Below, piece by piece: positions 27,737 through 35,888 of a stretch of 46,268 nt of DNA; the first letter of the stretch is position 1; the number at the start of each line of letters is the position of its first letter. Where the stretch lies: contig CAZMEY010000001.1 of NCBI GenBank assembly GCA_964565435.1, positions 1 through 46,268 on the forward strand, read 5' to 3'. The notes under the pieces are model-generated. The model searched no databases and was not told the DNA's origin. It saw only the letters and a list, made by a program, of their open reading frames with translations. The position numbers and the translations under genes are program-made. Source of the DNA: Candidatus Woesearchaeota archaeon. GTDB lineage: Archaea; Nanobdellota; Nanobdellia; Tiddalikarchaeales; Tiddalikarchaeaceae.

Positions 27737-29212
27737 TTATTGAGCCACTCCTTTTTTTAATAAATCAGCAATCTTTGTCTTTAAATCAGCAATCTTAACC
27801 CTTTCCTGCCTGGCAGAGTCCCTAAACCTCAAAGTCACTGACTTATCCTTCAAAGAATCAAAATCAACTGTCACACAGTAAGGGCAGCCTATTTCATCAG
27901 CCCTTGCATACCTTTTTCCAATAGAGCCTGACTCATCATAGAAAGCATCAAAATCCTCTTTTAATCCAATATAAATATTTTTAGCCAACTCCCCCAATTC
28001 CTTAGCAATCAATGGAAATACTGAGACCTCCACTGGAGCAATCTTTGGAGGAAGGGAAAGCAATCCCTTGCCAGCATCCAATGAATTTTCCATTATTGCA
28101 TAAAAAGTCCTATCAACACCTATGGATATCTCCCAAATATGGGGAATTATTTTCTTCCCATCATCATAAGTGTATCTCAAATCCTGCTTGCTTCCTTCCA
28201 TATGGCTCTTTAAATCATAATCAGTCCTGTAATTGTTGGCAATTAATTCAAGCCACCCTAAAGAAGTCAATATCTCAAAATCAAAAGCTTCCTTGGCATA
28301 AAAAGCGCGCTCATCAGAATCCAGCTCCCTAAACCTCATAACCTCTTTTTTTAATCCATAGCTTTCAAACAATTGCTGAGTCCTTGCCAAATAATAGGCT
28401 ATCAATTTGCCGCTAACAATTTTTTTGGAAACCAAATCCTTTGCCTTAATAGGCTTAGCCTCATTTTCTCCAACTCTCTGAATCATTATTCCATAATTCT
28501 CCACTTCAGAAAAATTTTCAACATCATTAATCTTACTCTCATCAAAAAAAACCTCAGTCTCCATTTGGGAAAATTCAACGCTTCTAATTAATGTCTGCCT
28601 AGGGCTTATCTCATTCCTGAAAACCTTTCCCATTTGCGAAATGCCTTTAGGCAGCTTAAGCCTCATAGTCTTTGCCATCCTGACAAAATCCAAAAATATT
28701 GACTGGCATGATTCCGGCCTAAGATAAGCCTCTTTTCCCTTGGCAGAGCCGATTTTTGCCCCAACCATTAAAGTTGCCTTGTCAACATCAGACAATTCCC
28801 CTTTGCATTTAGGGCATTTAATCTTGTATTTTTTCAATGCATCAGTCAATTCAGTATTGCTCATTGCTTCCTTAAAACTCCCTTCTTTGACATTTTCTTC
28901 CAATAACTTGTCAGCCCTGTAAACCAATTTGCATTTAGGGCAAGTGGTTATGGGATCTTTGAAGTTTTTCAAATGGCCTGAAGCATTAAACACATCCTCA
29001 GGCATGACTATAGCCCCATCAATCTCAAAAAAATCCTCCTTTTTGATTAATTCCTTTCTCCACAAATCAATTATTTTTCTCTTAATTGCTGAGCCATAAG
29101 GGCCGTAGTCAAAAAATCCAGCCAAGTACCCTGAATATATTTCGCAAGCAGGATAAAAAATGCTCCTTCTTTGGGCAAGATTCACAACATCATCATATTT
29201 TTTTTCAGGCAT
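27737..29212 (-). CDS. glyS: Glycyl-tRNA synthetase (archaeal/eukaryotic alpha2 type)
   Basis: RRSIFYPACEIYSGYLAGFFDYGPYG N-terminal block, class II motifs and a C-terminal anticodon-binding domain. Start set at ATG 29212 (MPEKKYDD...). The track ORF extends to 29302, which would overlap the next gene. Confidence 0.9.
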   Translation of the reverse strand: MPEKKYDDVVNLAQRRSIFYPACEIYSGYLAGFFDYGPYGSAIKRKIIDLWRKELIKKEDFFEIDGAIVMPEDVFNASGHLKNFKDPITTCPKCKLVYRADKLLEENVKEGSFKEAMSNTELTDALKKYKIKCPKCKGELSDVDKATLMVGAKIGSAKGKEAYLRPESCQSIFLDFVRMAKTMRLKLPKGISQMGKVFRNEISPRQTLIRSVEFSQMETEVFFDESKINDVENFSEVENYGIMIQRVGENEAKPIKAKDLVSKKIVSGKLIAYYLARTQQLFESYGLKKEVMRFRELDSDERAFYAKEAFDFEILTSLGWLELIANNYRTDYDLKSHMEGSKQDLRYTYDDGKKIIPHIWEISIGVDRTFYAIMENSLDAGKGLLSLPPKIAPVEVSVFPLIAKELGELAKNIYIGLKEDFDAFYDESGSIGKRYARADEIGCPYCVTVDFDSLKDKSVTLRFRDSARQERVKIADLKTKIADLLKKGVAQ

Positions 29213-29247
29213 AATGGTTTTAGGATAATATTTTATGCTTAAAAAAC

Positions 29248-30216
29248 TTAATGATTCAATATTTCCAAGGAAACATCCCCTTTTTTTGCCAATATTTTGC
29301 AAGTTCCCCCAATAGGATAGCTGAACCTTGGAATAGTGTGGGCAAAATCAAGCCCGGCAATAATCGGCACATTAGGAATATTTTTGGAATCAATGACTTT
29401 TTTAAGCATCTCATTAGTCATCCCAGTTGCTTTTTGAAACCTTCCAATAACCAAACCCTTAATCTTTTCAAATCCTTTCTGCTGGGTCAATGACGCCAAT
29501 TCCCTGTCAAACATATACATTGTGTCCTTGCTTGAAATATTCTCCTCTTCCAAAAATATTATTTTTCCCCTTAAATCAGGCATATAATCAGTTCCTTGCA
29601 AAAGGTTGAAAGTGCATAGGTTTTCGCCAACAATCTCACCACTAGCTTCCCCTTCCCGTATTGCAAAATACCCTTTATTGCCAACAGGATTCTTGGAAGA
29701 ATATTCATAATATTTCTTTGAAGGCAAAACATTGTAAGGCTCGCCTGACATTAGGCATTTTTTGAAATAATCAATATTATAATCCTGGCACTTCTTTTTC
29801 CTGAAAGTTGAAAAATTAATCCCTGCATAAGTAGCCATTCCAGTCTTGGCATAGATGGCATTATTAATGGCAGTTATATCAGAGTAGCCGCAAAAAATCT
29901 TGGGATTTTTCTTAATCAATCCATAATCCAGATAAGGCAATAATTGATTGGAATTAAACCCTCCCCTTGCGCACAATATTGCTTTAACGCTTTTATCAAA
30001 AAAAGCCTCATGCAAATCATCAACCCTTGACTTAATGCTTGAAGAGCTAAAATCATCCAATTCAAGGCAATTTTTACCAAAAGCAACTTTAAGCCCCAAT
30101 TTTTCCAAAGCCTTCACAGCAGCATTAATATCTGAATCATTTATTGTTGCAAGGCTTTGGGAAGGGGACACAATCATTACTTTGTCGCCTTTTTCCAATT
30201 TTTTAGGAATAATCAT
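29248..30216 (-). CDS. S66-family serine peptidase (LD-carboxypeptidase / MccF-like)
   Basis: 322 aa. N-terminal GDKVMIVSPS, the nucleophile block CGYSDITA, and a C-terminal FLEEE...GLDFAHT consistent with the Ser-His-Glu triad layout. Confidence 0.75.
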   Translation of the reverse strand: MIIPKKLEKGDKVMIVSPSQSLATINDSDINAAVKALEKLGLKVAFGKNCLELDDFSSSSIKSRVDDLHEAFFDKSVKAILCARGGFNSNQLLPYLDYGLIKKNPKIFCGYSDITAINNAIYAKTGMATYAGINFSTFRKKKCQDYNIDYFKKCLMSGEPYNVLPSKKYYEYSSKNPVGNKGYFAIREGEASGEIVGENLCTFNLLQGTDYMPDLRGKIIFLEEENISSKDTMYMFDRELASLTQQKGFEKIKGLVIGRFQKATGMTNEMLKKVIDSKNIPNVPIIAGLDFAHTIPRFSYPIGGTCKILAKKGDVSLEILNH

Positions 30217-30261
30217 TTTCTTTAAAAAATAATCCCTTATTTTAAAAATATTAATAAAAAA

Positions 30262-30717
30262 TTATATTATTGTGAATCTAATTTTCTCCCTTTTTGGCTT
30301 ATTATTTTTTACGCAAAAATCTATTTTTGAAACAAGCTTAAGGTATGTAAAGCGCTCATCAAAATAAAAATAGCTTTTCTCAAATGAAAACTGATGCTTC
30401 AGCCAATTTTTTGCGTTTTTAAGGGAATAAGGGATATTTGAAGAATCCAGGCATGGAAGAATCAAATCCGCCAACTCATGCCTTTTTAACCCTTCAGGGC
30501 TTTTGCTTAAATAATAAAAAAGAAGGGTGGATCTCAGGCTCTCATATGAAGAATAAGCATAATTGCGATTATTCAATAAAATATTATTTTCATACAATGA
30601 AAAATTAAGCAATTTTTTCGGCAAATTGGAAGAATTTTCCCTTATTTTTTCAAAAACGCATTCATATGAAATAAAATCTTTTTTTTCTATTAATTGGGAA
30701 ATAATCAAATCATCCAT
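30262..30717 (-). CDS. Hypothetical protein (151 aa)
   Basis: The ORF fills the gap. No motif recognised. Confidence 0.45.
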   Translation of the reverse strand: MDDLIISQLIEKKDFISYECVFEKIRENSSNLPKKLLNFSLYENNILLNNRNYAYSSYESLRSTLLFYYLSKSPEGLKRHELADLILPCLDSSNIPYSLKNAKNWLKHQFSFEKSYFYFDERFTYLKLVSKIDFCVKNNKPKREKIRFTII

Positions 30718-30782
30718 TGCTTTTTCCTATATTTTTTCCTTTAAAAATTTTTTTAAAAAAACATCAACGCGCATTGATTTTA

Positions 30783-32222
30783 TCATTCCAACTCTTTGTC
30801 TTGCACATATTTTCTCCCTTCCTTGAGAGCGATTTCTGCCTTGCCAAGCTCAATGCCAATGTCAAGGGCGTGGGAGATTTGCGATATCATCTGCTTTTTG
30901 CATATCTCGCGGTAAGCTTCCAATGCAGTATTCGCAAAAAACTCTTCAATCCTCTCTCCTATAGGGCTTAAATGGGTGATTTTTATCTTTCCGTTTTCAG
31001 CATCAATTAGGATATTGCCGCGCAAATCCGGCGTTCTTTTCCCGTTTGACAGCTCCCATTCATTCTTTTGAGGATTATTTTCAATTATTTTTTTTGCATC
31101 ATCCCAGTTGGATGAATAGATATGCGCACTGTTGGAAATAATAATCAAATCCCCTCTGGGAACACCCAATTTTTCGCACAATTCTTCCTGAATGAAAAGA
31201 AGCGCTAAGGCATTTTCAGGCCATGCGCGAAACATATCATTGCTTCTTATATAAGCCGTAAGATATAATTTGTCTTCAACAAGGGCTTGGATAAGATTCA
31301 AGCAGGGGCAGTTTGGATTTTTGTGGTCTTCTAAGACATTCCAGGTTACAGCCACAGCTCTTCTTGAAAAAAGCGCTTCTTTAAGGCTTTCAACCATTGC
31401 ATCAATCTGGTTTATTCCGCCAAAATTTCTAAGCTTTGAACCATAAGTGTATTTAACATCCGAAGGTATATCGCCACTCATAAGTTGTGGAAGGTAATTA
31501 TTAAAATGTTCTCTTGTAAACTGAAAATAATCCTTCCAATCAATGTTTTTCGGATCCTCATCAGTTATTATAGTTGTCAGACCAATCAATTCAATTTGAT
31601 CATCAGAATGCTGGCTTTTCTTTACATAACCAAATCTTCTAATTGTTTCAAGTATCTTAATCCAAGCATCCCCAACTTTTCCTGCGCGTATAACAAACCC
31701 TGTTTTTTCTGATGGAAAGGTTTCAGGAGATTTTGGAACACTGCTTTCATAGATTTCGCTCTCGCCCCAAGGCTCTTTATTTGGAAGGGAGCCAAGAAAA
31801 TCATTAAGTTCCAAATAATCCCTAACATCTCTTTTATCAATTATATCAACATTTTCGCGGAATCTTAAAACAGCATCAATAGGGATTTCTTGCTCTATGA
31901 TTAAAGTTGGAAAACCTATGACTTTTCTATCATCATCAATGCCGTTTTTTTTCAATGCAAGAAGGGCTTCCCCGCTCTTTGATAAGTCAGACCCAGTAAT
32001 CACTATCCTGTGGATTTTTTTGTTAATAAGCGAATGCATTATTATAAGATTTATACCCTCATTTATACTATAACAGTTTCCAGCAACAATATAGTTTTCC
32101 TTTGATATTTTTTCCAAAATTCTTCCCTTGTCGCTCCATAATGTGCAAAGGCCAGTGCTTGAATCCGGATTGCCTAGTACAAGAAGCTCTTTTTTGTAAA
32201 TAGGGAAATCTGCTTTATCCAT
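30783..32222 (-). CDS. thyA: Thymidylate synthase (ThyA fold) with an N-terminal extension of about 190 aa, unknown function (possibly DUF4346/MtrA-like)
   Basis: The C-terminal half has ThyA blocks RRAVAVTWN, CPCLNLIQALV (nucleophile Cys), YIRSNDMFRAWPEN and SAHIYS. Start set at ATG 32222; the track ORF begins at TTG 32294. Confidence 0.78.
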   Translation of the reverse strand: MDKADFPIYKKELLVLGNPDSSTGLCTLWSDKGRILEKISKENYIVAGNCYSINEGINLIIMHSLINKKIHRIVITGSDLSKSGEALLALKKNGIDDDRKVIGFPTLIIEQEIPIDAVLRFRENVDIIDKRDVRDYLELNDFLGSLPNKEPWGESEIYESSVPKSPETFPSEKTGFVIRAGKVGDAWIKILETIRRFGYVKKSQHSDDQIELIGLTTIITDEDPKNIDWKDYFQFTREHFNNYLPQLMSGDIPSDVKYTYGSKLRNFGGINQIDAMVESLKEALFSRRAVAVTWNVLEDHKNPNCPCLNLIQALVEDKLYLTAYIRSNDMFRAWPENALALLFIQEELCEKLGVPRGDLIIISNSAHIYSSNWDDAKKIIENNPQKNEWELSNGKRTPDLRGNILIDAENGKIKITHLSPIGERIEEFFANTALEAYREICKKQMISQISHALDIGIELGKAEIALKEGRKYVQDKELE

Positions 32223-32244
32223 AGTCGCTAATAATATATTGATA

Positions 32245-32256
32245 TTTATAAAACCC
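32245..32256. promoter_or_regulatory. TATA-like box tttataaaaccc, copy 1 (23-34 nt upstream of the thyA ATG)
   Basis: 12-bp exact direct repeat of 32281-32292. The core tttataaa is self-complementary, and the spacing suits a leaderless thyA transcript. Confidence 0.3.
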
Positions 32257-32280
32257 TTGTGCCAAATATAAATCAATAAC

Positions 32281-32292
32281 TTTATAAAACCC
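32281..32292. promoter_or_regulatory. TATA-like box tttataaaaccc, copy 2 (43-54 nt upstream of the psmB ATG)
   Basis: Exact repeat of 32245-32256, in the divergent thyA/psmB intergenic region. Confidence 0.3.
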
Positions 32293-32334
32293 AAAAAGTA
32301 TTAGTTTTTTATCTAAGAGAAGGGTTTAATCTTT

Positions 32335-32973
32335 ATGGAAAATGAGACTAAAAAAGGGACAACAACAGTTGGATTGAAAACAAAAGAAGGAATAATTCTC
32401 GCAGCCGACAAAAGGGCAAGCATGGGCTATTTGGTTGCTGACAAGGATGCAGAGAAAATCCATTTGATAGACGATTTAAACGCAATGACTTTTGCAGGAA
32501 GCGTTGCAGATTCCCAAATGCTTTTAAGATATTTGCAGACAGAGCTTAGGCTTTACAAGATAAAAAAAAGCGTGCCAATAACCACAAACGGGATAGCCAC
32601 ATTATTATCCCATTTCTTATTTGGCAACGCGCACAGCTTTTCACCATTCTTAATACAATTCATTGTTGCCGGCGTTGACAAATCAGGATTCCACTTATAT
32701 GATTTGGACATGGGAGGCTCAAAAATGGAAAAAAGCAATTATACTTCAACAGGCTCAGGCAGCCCAGTTGCTTATGGAGTCTTAGAAGACAGCTACAAAA
32801 ACGATTTAACTCTCAATGAAGGCATCAAATTGGCAGTCAGGGCTATAAGCGCTGCCATAAAAAGGGACTTGGCAACAGGCAATGGCATTGATGTATTGGT
32901 TATTGACAAATCAGGAGCCAGAAGGATTGACAAAAAAAAGATAGCTGAAATGGTTAATATTAATGAGTTCTAA
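32335..32973 (+). CDS. psmB: Proteasome subunit beta
   Basis: A short propeptide precedes GTTTVGLKTKEGIILAADKRAS (catalytic Thr). 212 aa. Confidence 0.9.
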   Translation: MENETKKGTTTVGLKTKEGIILAADKRASMGYLVADKDAEKIHLIDDLNAMTFAGSVADSQMLLRYLQTELRLYKIKKSVPITTNGIATLLSHFLFGNAHSFSPFLIQFIVAGVDKSGFHLYDLDMGGSKMEKSNYTSTGSGSPVAYGVLEDSYKNDLTLNEGIKLAVRAISAAIKRDLATGNGIDVLVIDKSGARRIDKKKIAEMVNINEF

Positions 32974-34867
32974 AGAAATCATAAACAGGATCAAAGAGTT
33001 TATTCCAAAAGAAGCGGGCATAACAGATTACCAGTTTGAGGGAGCAAACATAGTTCTCTACTCAAGCAAAAAGGATTTTGTGCTCACATGCAAAGAATTG
33101 ACTCGGGAAATAGTCAACACTATAAAGAAAAGGGTTGAAGTAAGGGCTGATGAGGCGCTGCTAATGGATTCGGCAGCTGCAGAAAAAATCATCAGGAAAG
33201 CCTGCCCCAGCTCTTCAGAATTGGAAGATGTATGGTTTGACGAGAAAAGAAGCCTTGTGTTTTTGGAAGCCGGCAAGCCGGATGAGCTAGTTGCTAACAA
33301 ATTTGAAATAGTCAACCAAATAGTTGAAAAAACATTATGGACTCCTATTGTCAGGAGAAAGCCCGCAATAAAATCCAATCTAATAAAAAACATTAGATTG
33401 ACATTATTTAATAATTCAAATTACAGGAGAAAATTCCTGCACACATTAGGGGAAAGGATTTATTCTGATTGGCAAAGGGATAATAAATACTGGATTAGGA
33501 TATCATGCCTTGGAGGATTCAGGGAGGTTGGAAGAAGCTGCATGCTAATCCAAACGCCTGAAAGCAGGGTGCTTCTTGATTGCGGAGTAAACATTGCAGC
33601 AAGCGACGAATATGCTTATCCAATGCTTGACGCTCCAGAGTTTGACATTAACCGCCTTGATGCAATAATAGTCTCCCACTCGCACTTGGACCATGTCGGA
33701 TTTATTCCATACTTATTCAAGCTCGGCTATAAAGGCCCAGTATATTGCAGCGAGCCAACAAGGGATGTAATGACAATGCTTGCAATGGATTATATAGACA
33801 TTGCTGAAAAAGAAAACAAAAAACTATTATACAACAGCTCTGATGTTAAAGAGATGGTAAAAAACATTGTAAGCATACCTATGGAAGAAGTGCATGATAT
33901 CACGCCAGACTTCAGATTGACCCTTTTCAACGCAGGCCACATCCTTGGAAGTTCAATGATTCACCTAAATATCGGAAACGGCTACCATAATCTATTATAC
34001 ACAGGGGATTACAAATTTGCCCCAACAGAGCTTCTTGAAAACTCGGCATATAAATTCCAAAGGGTTGAAACTCTCATAACTGAAAGCACTTATGGGGGGG
34101 CAAACAGTATTCAGCCCTCGCACGAAGAGTGCGTAAGCTTCTTTTCCGAAATAGTGAAAAACACAATAAACAGGGGAGGAAAACTCTTGGTTCCGGTTCT
34201 TGGAGTGGGCAGGGCGCAGGAAGTCATGCTTGTCATTGACAGATTAATGAAAAACAAAGAGATACCTGAGATTCCAGTCTATGTTGATGGAATGGTTTGG
34301 GACATTACAGCAATTTATACAGCTTACCCTGAGTTCTTTAATAGGAATGTGAGAAAAATGATATTCCAGGAAAACTATAACCCTTTCCTTAACCCTAATT
34401 TCAAGCAGCCAACATCCCAAAAAGACAGAATGAAATTAGTTGAAGAGGGCGGGCCTTGCGTAATACTTGCAACCAGCGGAATGCTTACAGGCGGCCCAAG
34501 CGTATTCTATTTGGAGCACATTGCAGATAATCCTAAAAATAGCTTAGTATTTGTCAGTTACCAAGGTAAAGGAAGCCTTGGAAGAGTTATACAATCAGGG
34601 GAAAAAGAGATAACATTAAGGATAAGCAACAATAAAAGGCAGGTCTTGCCTATTAATTTAGAAGTCTACACTATTGAAGGATTAAGCGGGCATAGTGACA
34701 GGAATCAATTGATGAATTTTATGTCAAAACTAAGCCCAAAGCCAAAAAAAATCATAATCTGCCACGGCGAGAGCTCAAACGCTGTTGACTTGGCAAGCAG
34801 CATCTACAAAAAATTAAGGATTGAAACAATAACCCCCAAAAATCTTGACGCTTTAAGGCTATCATAA
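32963..34867 (+). CDS. Archaeal CPSF1-type beta-CASP ribonuclease with N-terminal KH domains
   Basis: 634 aa. An N-terminal KH-like region, the metallo-beta-lactamase motif HSHLDHVG, beta-CASP blocks and a C-terminal CHGE. Confidence 0.9.
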   Translation: MSSKEIINRIKEFIPKEAGITDYQFEGANIVLYSSKKDFVLTCKELTREIVNTIKKRVEVRADEALLMDSAAAEKIIRKACPSSSELEDVWFDEKRSLVFLEAGKPDELVANKFEIVNQIVEKTLWTPIVRRKPAIKSNLIKNIRLTLFNNSNYRRKFLHTLGERIYSDWQRDNKYWIRISCLGGFREVGRSCMLIQTPESRVLLDCGVNIAASDEYAYPMLDAPEFDINRLDAIIVSHSHLDHVGFIPYLFKLGYKGPVYCSEPTRDVMTMLAMDYIDIAEKENKKLLYNSSDVKEMVKNIVSIPMEEVHDITPDFRLTLFNAGHILGSSMIHLNIGNGYHNLLYTGDYKFAPTELLENSAYKFQRVETLITESTYGGANSIQPSHEECVSFFSEIVKNTINRGGKLLVPVLGVGRAQEVMLVIDRLMKNKEIPEIPVYVDGMVWDITAIYTAYPEFFNRNVRKMIFQENYNPFLNPNFKQPTSQKDRMKLVEEGGPCVILATSGMLTGGPSVFYLEHIADNPKNSLVFVSYQGKGSLGRVIQSGEKEITLRISNNKRQVLPINLEVYTIEGLSGHSDRNQLMNFMSKLSPKPKKIIICHGESSNAVDLASSIYKKLRIETITPKNLDALRLS

Positions 34868-34900
34868 AGTTAATAAAAAAATGAATGATAGTATTTATTC

Positions 34901-35380
34901 ATGGGAGATGTCGTAAGAGTCCAAATAAACATACCAAAGCTTGTAATGAGCCCCCAAAATTTGGTGAATTTCATCATTTCAAAATTCGGGGAAATGGATT
35001 ACACCCCTTTCCTTAGCGATTATAAATACCAAAAAGGCAAAACCCCTGAAGAGATAACCCAAGTGCAGTTCAAAATAAAGGCATCAAAAGATATTGATGA
35101 TTACACAAAATTCCTCGCAGAAATAGAATTGACAACAGACAAAGCCAAAATCCTTAAAGACGGAAAAACAAAGATTTCAGGCGAATCAAAGCTCGTTTTT
35201 CAATCAACAGCAATAACTGATTATGATAACAGGTGGAAAGGCAATCCCTGGCTTTTTTTCCTCAAAAAAATCTATGACAAATACTTTTATAATAATAAAT
35301 TGATACAATTAGAAGACAAAGCGGAAGAAGAGCTGTATTTGGTTATTGACAGCGTCAAAGAGCTGCTAAAGGTGAAATAA
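34901..35380 (+). CDS. Hypothetical protein, tandem paralog A (159 aa)
   Basis: Blocks shared with the next ORF: DIDDYTKFLAEIEL vs RVDDYTKFIVEFFV, and TDYDNRWKGNPWLFFLKKIY vs TDYAGKWEESNPFITFVKIVF. Confidence 0.6.
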   Translation: MGDVVRVQINIPKLVMSPQNLVNFIISKFGEMDYTPFLSDYKYQKGKTPEEITQVQFKIKASKDIDDYTKFLAEIELTTDKAKILKDGKTKISGESKLVFQSTAITDYDNRWKGNPWLFFLKKIYDKYFYNNKLIQLEDKAEEELYLVIDSVKELLKVK

Positions 35381-35884
35381 ATGCCATCAAAATTCATGAC
35401 AACCCAGGAATTCGTCACCATTGACGAGCAAATATTCTCATACTCGGAGCTTTACCTCTTTCTAAAAAAAATATTGCAAGAAAGGGGATTTTACATTGAA
35501 GAAAAAAGCTACACCCACACATCAGGCCAGCCAAGAGAGGTTGTTGATTTTTATTGGAACTGCATCAAAAGGGTTGATGACTACACAAAATTCATAGTGG
35601 AATTCTTTGTTAAATTCAGCCTTGAAGAAATCAGCGTTGTCAAGGAAAAGAAAAAAGAAATAACAAACAAGGGAAGCGGAACAATAAAAATAAGGTCAGC
35701 CCTTGAAACTGATTACGCAGGAAAATGGGAAGAATCAAACCCCTTCATCACATTTGTCAAAATAGTCTTTGAAAACATATTCCAAAAGGGAAGCGTTGAC
35801 GAATACACCCAAAAATTGAAAGATGAAGCCTATGACTTGAAAAACGAAATCAAGAGCTTCTTTAATTTGCAAAAGATGATGTGA
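35381..35884 (+). CDS. Hypothetical protein, tandem paralog B (167 aa)
   Basis: It starts on the nucleotide after the stop of paralog A. The shared blocks are listed under paralog A. Confidence 0.6.
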   Translation: MPSKFMTTQEFVTIDEQIFSYSELYLFLKKILQERGFYIEEKSYTHTSGQPREVVDFYWNCIKRVDDYTKFIVEFFVKFSLEEISVVKEKKKEITNKGSGTIKIRSALETDYAGKWEESNPFITFVKIVFENIFQKGSVDEYTQKLKDEAYDLKNEIKSFFNLQKMM

Positions 35885-35888
35885 AAAA

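Noticed and set aside
29213-29302. N-terminal extension of glyS in the track ORF, overlapping the S66 peptidase gene by 55 nt.
   Set aside because: The conserved GlyRS N-terminus begins at MPEKKYDD (ATG 29212). The extension has no homology and would create a long overlap.
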